This document shows positions 38,101 to 47,500 of a DNA stretch of 64,000 nt, in pieces. A program made the translations under genes and the position numbers. This DNA is from Botryllus schlosseri (taxonomy: Eukaryota): contig CM119375.1 in NCBI GenBank assembly GCA_051294905.1, forward strand, positions 9,920,001 through 9,984,000, written 5' to 3'. The number at the start of each line of letters is the position of its first letter. The first letter of the stretch is position 1. The notes below the pieces were generated by a model. It was not told where the DNA came from. It saw nothing but the letters and a program-made list of their open reading frames with translations, and ran no database searches.

Positions 38101-40074
38101 AGCCTGGCGAACAGCCAGAACCGCCACGTGGCTGCTATGTTACTTGAGCTATACCCAGCACCGTAACTGCCGCACCCCAAACCCCCCAATTGGGGGGGGC
38201 CCGAGCTCGAAGGGGGCCCAAAATTATTTCGTGAATTAGCATAAATCATAGAGTATTTTTTGAAAATTTATGCAAATTTTTCAAAATTTTTCGCGCTGCG
38301 CGCGATTTCATGTAGCCGTTTCTCTATATTATAGGGTATTGGGCCATTACCGCGCCACGACCAACCATGACATACAATCAAGTTTTAGGCCATATAACAT
38401 GCGACTCCAAGAAGTGTGCCAGAACGATCGGCAGCGAGAAAAGCTTGGCCGAAAAGGTCTATGCCCTTATGCAGACCGAAGACCTCGTTATATAGGCTAT
38501 ACAAAATGCCTATAGGTTTAATTGTCCATAGGCGCCTAAATGACTGGCACCAAATGTTCCTGTCTTTGCAATCTGAACCTCACAAGACAAATACCATCCC
38601 GCTGGGAAAAATTTTATTCCAGTGAAGAAATACCAATTTGAAATCGTGTGCGTCTCTTAGTTTAGAAGCCTACGTTTGGGCGATTCTATATTTTTTGATA
38701 TAGCAGACTGGAAGTCACGAATTAACATCATGTAACGAAGTCATATCAACGGGTCCGTCCGCCCGAAGATGTTTAATCATTATTTACGGGCCCTCCCGTT
38801 TTCAAGACACTTCACTCAGCTCTACCGGTAAATCTAATTACGTGAGTAGAGAGGACAATAAATTGATAGCATACTATATATGCAATTCCCGATCATACTG
38901 ACCGATGAAATCATGAATTCTAGAAATTTTGCGCGCTTCGCGCGCTCAGGCGGCAAAAGCCGATTCACCAAACATACTCCCAATGAAAATGATGAATAGT
39001 GGTAAACAGTGTATCGCCGGAGGGGGGGTCTAGGACTATAACCCTATGGGGGGCCCCAGACCAAAGTTTTGGGGGGGGCTGACGAAGTGCTGTTACGGGC
39101 CTGGCTATACCCAAACTAGCACTGTAAAGATGTGTAGCCTAGCTATTGATTTGATGGTATCGAAGAGCGAGGATTTTAAATACAATAAGGTTGTTAGTAT
39201 GACGAATTGCATCAACCACTGTTGTGTGTATTTTACACCCTTAATTTATAGAAGTAGGACGCTCTACCAATATACTGCATGCTTCTTATTGGTAGCACAT
39301 ACAGCTTTAAGCTGTAATTAAGGTGTAACTCGAGTACGGCTACCCAAACTCGCACTGCTAAGATGTATGACAATTGATTTTATGGTAACGAAGAGCGAAG
39401 ATCTTAAAGGCAGGAAGGGTGTTATTCAGACGAATTGAATCACCAGTCTGGCGTGTATTAGAACGCAAAATGCGACTGTATAATTGGGCTAACTAATCAG
39501 GGACATGAATATTTAGCAACTGCGCAATGTACAGTATAACCGCAGTGATATAATCAACTATATTCAGACTTGCACAAACTACTGGATTTTCAAAAAGCGC
39601 AACTAGAACTAGAACTAGAACTACTCAATTATTAAAACTGGCATTCCAGCCCGACAGTCTTGCTAAGCATTTTTGAATGCTTTTATGTACTCTATGTCTA
39701 TAATATATGGAGGTGTTCCCGCTCGCAGTGTCGGGTGATGTCGTATCATCTCTAATTATAGCCTCAACAGGCCGTGACCAGAATACGTTGAATACGCAAT
39801 ACGCAATATTTGTAGACAGCAAATAAGGGTTACTCGGGGAGAATCGGGATCCGACACTTACGCTTCCAGTAGCAAATGCATACCATTAGAGACCGTGCGA
39901 TGCGATGTACAAAACGCTGACATTAATGGAGCAGACATCAAGTATGATCCATTCCCAGCTTGCAAACTCATATATTCAAAAAACTGTTTCTCTTGTGAAC
40001 GCTTCTGTTGCAGATGTTGATGCTATAATCGTGCCTATACTTACCCCGAAAATTGCAGAAAATATAAAACACAT
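32135..40074 (-). CDS. Cys-rich micro-protein 3 (53 aa, 21 Cys): MCFIFSAIFG-CFKSVCCCCCGTAFFTCCPCCAEVACCYACCKCCCCCCWDDDD
   Basis: Exon 2 at 32266-32135 (TTTGCTTTTAG|TGC ... TAA). Exon 1 assigned to 40074-40045 (ATG ... GGG|GTAAGT, phase 0) by resemblance to MCCGICESILK|CLKS. The 7.8-kb intron is filled with transposons. Exon 2 is more certain than the exon-1 link. Confidence 0.7.
32408..33870. mobile_element. Family A hAT derivative with nested family B element
   Basis: CAGTGGTTCCCAACC ... GGTTGGGAACCACTG; perfect TSD GATTATAC. Confidence 0.9.
32750..33541 (+). mobile_element. Family B element nested in family A
   Basis: CAGAAGCGTAACAGCACTTCGTCAG ... GGCAGTTACAGTCTTG; perfect TSD CGTTTTCT. 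Confidence 0.88.
34093..34204 (+). repeat. 15-bp-period tandem array (consensus AAAACAGCGACGGCC) inside the hAT
   Basis: About 7 imperfect units: AAATAGCGACGGCC, TTAATAGCGACGGCC, ACAACAGCGACGGCC, ATAACAGCGACGGCC, CAAACAGCGACGGCC and others. Confidence 0.8.
34375..34518. repeat. Perfect 34-bp inverted repeat (76-nt loop) immediately 3' of the transposase stop codon
   Basis: AAATAGATAGTGATCACCACAGATTTAGCGTCAC (34375-34408) is the exact reverse complement of 34485-34518. Confidence 0.9.
34525..36336 (-). CDS. hAT transposase, 603 aa from MIMSG (frame open upstream to 36516); related to GTF2IRD2/EPM2AIP1/ZBED5-type proteins
   Basis: BED-type finger KCLLC...KRHYKTH; catalytic D (LALDST), D (LATDGCPAM), CxxH (HCIIHQ), RWLS, E (FGSTYVCEALFS); C-terminal dimerisation region; no internal stops. 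Confidence 0.95.
   Translation of the reverse strand: MIMSGSDQPAKKSRTLVQENRAFQSEWEEAYFQIEENGKAKCLLCPIIINGVKSFNVKRHYKTHAGKYDVYQGESRKRKLECLKAERSKQGKMFLKKKEPEEVTITSYKISHLLACNMKPYSDGEITKQAIVLFTEDNCSPAIQQKAKKLQLSNDTVTRRVDCISQDLHEQLIHKSQDFSYYSLALDSTNDITDIEQLAVFIRGVMPDFKICEEFLTLRSIHGTTKGTDMFREFHATLQEAHLDPSKLYSLATDGCPAMLGKNLGLQGLVNKWRAEQNLDAVTWQHCIIHQESLVAKSLKMSNVTDIVISTVNWIRANALNHRKFKAFLTDIDADHGDLIMFTAVRWLSRAACLKRFYALLPEIKIFVEGKKDIPQLGNEHWVADLAFMVDITSHLSSLNRNLQGNNKLCHAWYGTVSGFIEKLCLWRKHLEEGVTTHFVTLSNHRQNGSFKTYDQVISTLIDGFKRRIEGMHHSVPLMNIFSNPMAVDAATAPDIFQMELLDLQSDIELRLLFQSNGLLEFWGAVPEEKYPNLIANASKNACMFGSTYVCEALFSKLVRIKSKYRNRLTDRHLKQLLCTASSTMKPRYDKLVKNQIQFQVSH
37085..37580 (+). repeat. Degenerate 15-16-bp minisatellite (GGTGACACATGAGCAT-like)
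   Basis: Recurring GACACTTGAGCAT, GGTGACACATGAGCAT and CAGCATG units; explains the spurious ORFs here. Confidence 0.7.
38156..39103 (-). mobile_element. Family B element, full length, reverse orientation
   Basis: CAGCACCGTAAC ... TGACGAAGTGCTGTTACGGGCCTG; perfect TSD GCTATACC. Confidence 0.9.
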
Positions 40075-40842
40075 TTCGTCTCGTCGTATGTCCGCAGCTA
40101 AATACAGCAGAAATTTAAATTGTTTCGTTATCCTTGAGTTATCCTGGAAATGATATTAGTGAAGTAAAATGTCTGTCTGTCATATCACGCAGTAATGTAC
40201 ATTCGTAGTCTATTCGTCAACGATTTCCAATCAACTATTGATTAACAATTGTTTACATAGAAAGGGATACAGCAACAAACGATATGTCTCAGATGAAGTG
40301 TACATTGTACAACAGTGCAGTTTGCAGCGTGACGGATTTAAACTCGGCCAATGCAGATGAGGTGACGATACGATATGATTTTGGCGAAAGTATGATACGA
40401 TGTTTCAGCATATGTTCAATAACAATGGATGCGTAACATGACTGTTTTGCTGAACACACCGCGTCTACAAAAACAAATACTCAGCCACCCTACCAAATCT
40501 TCATCTTGGCTATGGCTATAGTGCCTTCCTGACTGCGACACTGTATAAAACGTTTGCGTCACGAGGTGTTCCCGATTTTACATCTACAACGCATGTTCTT
40601 AATACGCCTACGAGCAGTGGAAGATGGATGTTAATTCGAAATTCTATCGACCGTAAGTTGAAGTTGGGCGCTCAGTTTATTCGCCGCGGGTCCGTGTCCA
40701 GTGTCCACGTTTCGTACAAGAACAGCACAAAATGCATCAATACTGAATATTCCTTGCTTAGAAAAATTGTATCTGCGTTACTGAATCTGAAAATTTGGCT
40801 TCAATTCACCCCGTACTTCCGGCCTGAAACAACAATGTAGGC

Positions 40843-42393
40843 CAGAGGTCTCAAACACGCGGCCCGCGGGCCACATGCGGCCCGCGACGGCATTTTGGAT
40901 TTCGAAGTATTCGACAATATTTAACTGCAATTTTTTTTAATTTGAGAACTTAAAACTCGCTCTAAAACTACTCCAGAAGCCTGAAACTACTCATCAAACT
41001 TCACTAATACATCACTTTCAAATGTTACCACGCAGTGGAAGATCAACTATTACGTGACATTGCTTGTTTATGATCGTAAAACATGACCCGTTGATGATTC
41101 GTGACTGAAAATTGTGATTTGGACTAGGGCGTGACCTTCTGTAGAATTACTCGTACTCGGACTTTTGTGACTTGGTACAACCACGCACGCAACAAACCAT
41201 GGGGTCCTATATGGTGTGGACACAAGCAAATCTCACGGTTCAGTGAAATTGGTGTACGTCACACTTTCCATTTGGTCAAAGGCATTTTGAAGATAATTTT
41301 TTACCGGCTTGCCGAGCATGAAATTTGATAAAACGGGTATCAATCGAGAGCTACCGCAGTATACTGATTGCGAAAATATAAAATACTTCTGCTCGTGGTC
41401 CTGGAACTCCCCAGAATAAGCTTCGAATGTTGCATTGTAAGTGAGTTTGGTATTGTGACGCAGCAATGACGTCTGGGAGCAGGTGAGGAGCACCGCAAGC
41501 TGCAAGCGTACTGGTCATTGTTGTGCAAGCGATTGAGCATTCACACTCTCACTCTCGTGCGCATTTGCTCCTAAGCTGCTCAGACGGCATTGTTGCGTCA
41601 CAATACCAAACTCACTTACAATGCAACATTCGAGGCTTATTTTGGGGAGTTCCAGGGCCACGAACAGAATAAAATCTATATTTTCGCAATCAGTACGGTG
41701 ATAGCTTCCCATTGATACCCGTTTTATCAAATTTAATGCTGGACAAGCCGGTCAAAAATTACCGTCAAATTGCCATTGGCCAAACGAAAAGTGTGCCGCA
41801 GACCAATTTGACTGAGCCGTGAGATTTGCTTGTGGCCACACCATATAGGACACTATGAACAAACTATGAAAACTGGTAGGAGAAATGGTAAAATATCAAA
41901 AAGTCGTAGCTTGCGTTGGGTAGCTTATTTAGATATCTAAGCAGGTAGGTATGGCAACCGCCATTGGCATTATGTTACCCCTTTGATGTATAGTTGGATA
42001 CATCCTGTGTCATCTTTGGTATCTTTAGATATGCCATTATCGCCAATTTAATGTGGCGAGTATTAACTAGTCGTAGCCTACGCTTTACAGCTGTAACTCC
42101 AATGGATTCTTCGGCGATTGCATATTTCTATTGCTATGGCACAGTATCCATTATGTTCAAGTTGTTATTGACCTGTTCCAACATTCGGAGGTAAAATCAA
42201 ACGCTGATTCTATTTGACTTCGGTAATGACATGATCAATATAGCCTAGTTATCAGGAGTAGGCCTATGCTCGAAACCCGGAAATAAGGCCTACTTTGAAA
42301 TACATTGAATTGCCCTATTATTGGTGCTGCGGCCCGCGGCGCCATCAAAAAGTAGGAATTGGCCCGCGAGCACGTTTGAGTTTGAAACCTCTG
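40843..42393. mobile_element. Family C (CAGAGGTCTCAAAC-ended) non-autonomous hAT
   Basis: CAGAGGTCTCAAAC ... GTTTGAAACCTCTG; perfect TSD ATGTAGGC; interior homologous (reversed) to 47434-54238 and 55000-56576. Confidence 0.9.
41201..41857. mobile_element. Foldback (Mutator-like) MITE with arms of about 280 bp
   Basis: 41202-41480 pairs with 41575-41853 (e.g. GTCACAATACCAAACTCACTTACAATGCAACATTCGA). Flanks AACAAACCAT / AACAAACTAT; the empty site is seen in the family C copy near 51410. Confidence 0.8.
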
Positions 42394-44580
42394 ATGTAGG
42401 CTATACTTCGATGGGGTATGTGGCTCTGTGTTATCTGGTTAATACCACAGATATGATCCACTTATTTTTCCAACATTTGTCGGTCTTAAGATAGCATAAG
42501 CACTATTAGCAGCATATCTCTCTTTTGGGGTAAGCTCTGCACCTGTAAAGGTGGCCATTGGTCTGCTGTATCGATCACTAATTTAACGAATACGGTCAAC
42601 ATCAACTTCTTAATAACTAGGCCTGTACTCCTGTTTGGCTGAATCAATATGTCTCGGTGGCTTGCGAGCGAGCCAAATGATGGCCTTGAGATCTTATTGC
42701 TATAGTGTTGCGATGTTTCCATATATTTGTCTTGAGCGTATTCGATGTAAATAAAACTCTTGATATCCATGGAGATAGATTAGGCTTAGTAAATACTGAT
42801 GCGGTATCATCGACGAAGGCTAGCATTTAATTGGCTTCTTGGAATATGGTTCTGCTTAGGCAAACGGTAACGGTGCCAACGTCACAATCATAAGACTGAT
42901 AGCAGGGTGGACAGAGATTTGAAATAAAAGTAAACACGGCGATTACGTTTGAATACGTAGGAGGTTAATCTAATATGCTACGGATCTGCATAGGTATTTC
43001 TGGACTCATATTGTCGGTGTTTATGTACTGTTACCATATGTCCTCGTTAGGAGGATTTGTCCTACTTTTTCAGGAAATCGAAAATGTCGTCCGAGGACGC
43101 CTAAATGTCTTCATTTTTGGAAATCCGTCCACATTTATAGCCTTGACAACTAGAAAACGGTATAAAAATAACGCGAAATCTGTAAGGCGGACGTACGGGC
43201 GGGTCATTCGGGAGTAGGACCTGAAAAATGACCCTTTTTAGTCAACACCACAACGGTATCGTTAAATAAGTCGGTTATCGGGGAGTCAAGTCGGATAGAT
43301 GACCTTTTTTAGCCAACACCACACCAGTATAGGTATTTGTGGAGGCTGCCCGACTTGGGAGAAAATTTATTGAGATACTGTATCAGTTATTGTATCCATA
43401 CTAACCAAATTGGAATACATTTGCAATATTGCAATATACCCGGCCTATGCGTGTCCAAAATTATAAATTTGGGGTCAATGTGTTTTAGCAATGACATATA
43501 AAATGCGACGGAAAAGACCAAGATCAAGTCACGACAATATAATCAAAATGTACGATACAGGAGCATATTCTGTCCCTGTCCACGTCAGTGTGTATCAAGA
43601 TCAACATCCTACATCTCTGGTGATAGCTGGAAGCACGTGAGTTATATCGGCCATTACTTGTGGAACTGAGTCCGCGATATTAGATTTACGGCTTCGCAAA
43701 CGTACAAGGTACTATTTAATCATGACCGATGCGAAACCATGCGCCACCAATGTTCTTGATCATATCACAACATGTTGTAGCAACTACACTACACGCCGTA
43801 CACGGATATCTGTCGCCGTGAATATGAACCGCACTTTCACGGCAACAATCATTGCAAGATATTCTGACTTCGCAAATGTAACACAACCGCTTCGCGGTAC
43901 TAGATCAGTATAAGGTCACACAGACAAGGTGCTTCCCATTATATATGTATAATTGTATTGGAAATACATATGACATATATATAAAAATAATTTAATACCA
44001 AGCGAATTACAGTTATATACTAACGACAATTTGATATAGCAACGCAATAAAATATGTCTTGCACTCAAATGATCGTCCCATACAGCCAGAAATTTAAGCC
44101 ATATTTAATCAAAAATAAAATAAGTGGTGTAACAACAAAACAGGACTTCAACAGGCAAAGCAAAGGGAAAATTTGAAACACACTAAAAGTGCCACCAGAG
44201 AGCAACTCGAAGATCAAACGCAATAGGTCTCCGCACTTTATAATACAAAGGTATGGCTCATTCAGTCGCAGAACGATATTTCTCAATGGAATATACCACT
44301 GAGCCATATAAACAAAAAACTGAGTAGTTCGTCCACTGCTAGTATCGCCAGTGATTGACCCGTTATGCAATCACAGAGACACTATAGGTGCGATTTTCTT
44401 TGGCGACAACGAATGTTCGGACTTCTGGCTGGTTGATACGTATTCCTAACATTTCTCAGAATGTTTTGAATTCGTATCTAGCTAGGTACACGTGGTGATC
44501 TACTACGGTTTCGTTTTTTTTCTTCATGAAAACCCCACTTCGCGCAACATTCCTCGCTTTTGTCAATCACATTGCTAGAG

Positions 44581-47500
44581 TTAGCTTATAGTCGCCACAG
44601 TCTGGGGATATCGTCTTCGATCCTCCGCTCCAGCCTGTCGTTGTCGGTCGGTCTGCTTCAACTCTCGTATAAGAAAGCAGCTAACAATTATTTCAAACAC
44701 CTGAAAAGAAATATTCATTATCGAAAATTCTTGAGAAACATTATTAGAGCGGCGACCTACATTTCACTGCTAATATAGTCCTACGGGCATAGGCTTTGCC
44801 AATGTACTAGAGAAGAATATGACATATACTGAGTCTACTATACCACTATGGTGAACTTGAACCAAAATATATATGTCAATTTAGAGGAAACGGAGTTGAG
44901 CGCTGTAGGTTGGTTTTATGTACAATTGTACATTGAAGGCTTGCCTGTACTGCAAATTAATGTATATAATTCGCATAATTATAAACCATCCAACGATTCA
45001 TTTCAGTGATGTGCTTATGTATGAGATTTTCAAAGATTCATACCTGCAGAACGATAGTTAATCCGAGGACTGATGCCACAATGATCAAATTGTCTCTCAG
45101 AAATTTATCCACAGCATCGTAACACGTTTCCTGGCAATAAACTATATTGTTAAATATCGTCACGGATAGCCTTGGCGTAACTGAGTGCTTATACAGATCC
45201 GATATGATTACGAACTGCAAAATCAACGCAAGATCAACGATGTATTAAAGTTTCCTGCAGACTATCTTCAAAGGCTACAGAGTGCCGGTTATTGGCAAAT
45301 AATCACGATTATGATGTAAATGTATTGTATAGCTACGACCATTAGTTCGAAAGCCAGACATATACAATACATACTGATCCTTTATTTTATGACGTGATAA
45401 AGACATGTCTCAGTGTGATGACGAGTTGATACGCAGCAAATTGGGAAGCAGGCTGCGGTTGTTATACAGTCCGATTGACTCCTACACATTTGGTTCGTTA
45501 AACCTATATATTGCTACCGATTTAGCAGAGGACTATGGCGGATCAGGGGCTTACAAATTAATCAAGCCATTGGAGTACAGAATCAATGGAACCTAACGAA
45601 TCAGGGGAATAGGGGTGTGTTCTGCGTCATTGCAAGAGAAAAATTCGAAAGTGGTATTGCGAGCCCGCGCTTATCATGTTAAACACTGAGAAGTAAGCCT
45701 ATAACAATGTTATCAGTGTGTGTAAATTAACGAAGGGAAGGATGTTTAATTGAATTGAAGTGCCAGTTCTATAATCAACGATTTAAATAATACCAACCGT
45801 CCATATGACTGCGGTGTCTTGTTGGCTCGTGCCGTTGTAACAACTCTCCGGAAATCCGCCTATCCATTCGTCTGGACTTGAGTAACCGCAGCAATTAAAC
45901 TATCGTTGACAGATAAAATGTTATTATAATTCAATAATTCCAGTGATGTGAGAGAAAAAGACAGCACCGACATAACCACCCACTCTTGAACTACTTTCGG
46001 ATTATGATGCATCACTGAGTGAGATTATATGGGATATATGTAACATCGTGAATATCCACTTATGTACGAAGTAGTCCCAGTGCTATCTGCATCAGCGGTA
46101 GTGTAAAGCAGCGGCTCCCAAAATGACGATATTTCCCAATGGAGACGATTTTGAGTCATAGTAAGGAAAAAAACTCCGAAAACACGCTCGAATGGAGTGA
46201 TTGGGGGGGGGGGGAGGGAGTGAAATATTGGAACATTCATACAATTATATTTCAATAATTGTTTGGTTCTTGCGAAGTTCAGTATATATAATCGATGGAT
46301 GTTGAATGTTGATGAAAGAGAGTCTCAACTCTCAATGCCAGTCCGCGAGAGGTTTAAAAGGTCAAATCGGACAAATTTGCTTCACATTACAAATATTAAA
46401 ATTGCGTGTGAATTGTGTCTATTTTGTAACAACGTTTTGTTAAAGGGCATCAAAAAACTACTTTTACCATAAAAATGGTTGTTTAAGTAGAAATATTATC
46501 CAATAAAAACGATTTGAGTAAGTGAAACAATAAGTTTAGATAAAAAGTACTTGACTGCTATGGAATAGTATAAGTATTTCGTTACTGTGGTGACCTTCGG
46601 CCTGATAACAGGGCGATTAGTCAAAAACCTTTGGAACCACATGCCTAATGTGAGCAATTGAGCATATGCGCTTATGTACCACAAATCCAGCTATTAGGTT
46701 GCACAACAACCCTAACGGTTCTCAGTACTTGGTGCTCCATTAGGTGGTTAGCACAGATAAGGAGCATGAACCTGTCTATAAAAAGCAAGCCTGGAATCTG
46801 ATATATACCAATATTCTTACCCGATTTTGTATCAAAGATTTCGTATCGTCATCGAAGTCGTTCCACACACGTTCCATACCCGTCTCAAACTCATCCCTTT
46901 GAACAATCACGTAAATCGCAATGCCGATTTCCGCGATCACCAAGAACAGATTTAGCGAAAGATTCTGAAACATGTTTTCGCGTGAGAAAATACTGAGGGA
47001 GATCCAGCCAATTATGTTTCATGAATTCATTAGCTACGTTCAATAGTCGACGGATATATTTCAAGATTGAGAATATGGCTTCTCGTAAATCCCAAGTGTC
47101 TGTACAAATTGAACTAATCAATGTACTTACTGTAAGGAGTAGTGCTTTACTCCCGGTTCCCAACCCAAGCGCTCCGCAACAACCTGTTTATGATAAATGA
47201 CTTGAGATATGGTTCGTTCCAAGGATGACAATGATGACGATTACAGTCTGAGGAATGCTTCAAATATTATTAACCTGTAGCGATCTAACTCGCATTATCG
47301 AAAGTCTAAGCTGCATAGCGACATGTGTGTTTTAAAGTTAATTATAGTTATTATATCCCGCAATAGATATCACCGCATTTCGATCGGCGAACACCACCGT
47401 GGAGTGGATCGTATATCTTTGCTCGATATATGTCAGAGGTCTCAAACTCAACGGTGCTTGCGGGCCGATTTCCCAGTTTTTGTTCTCGCCGCGCGGGCTG

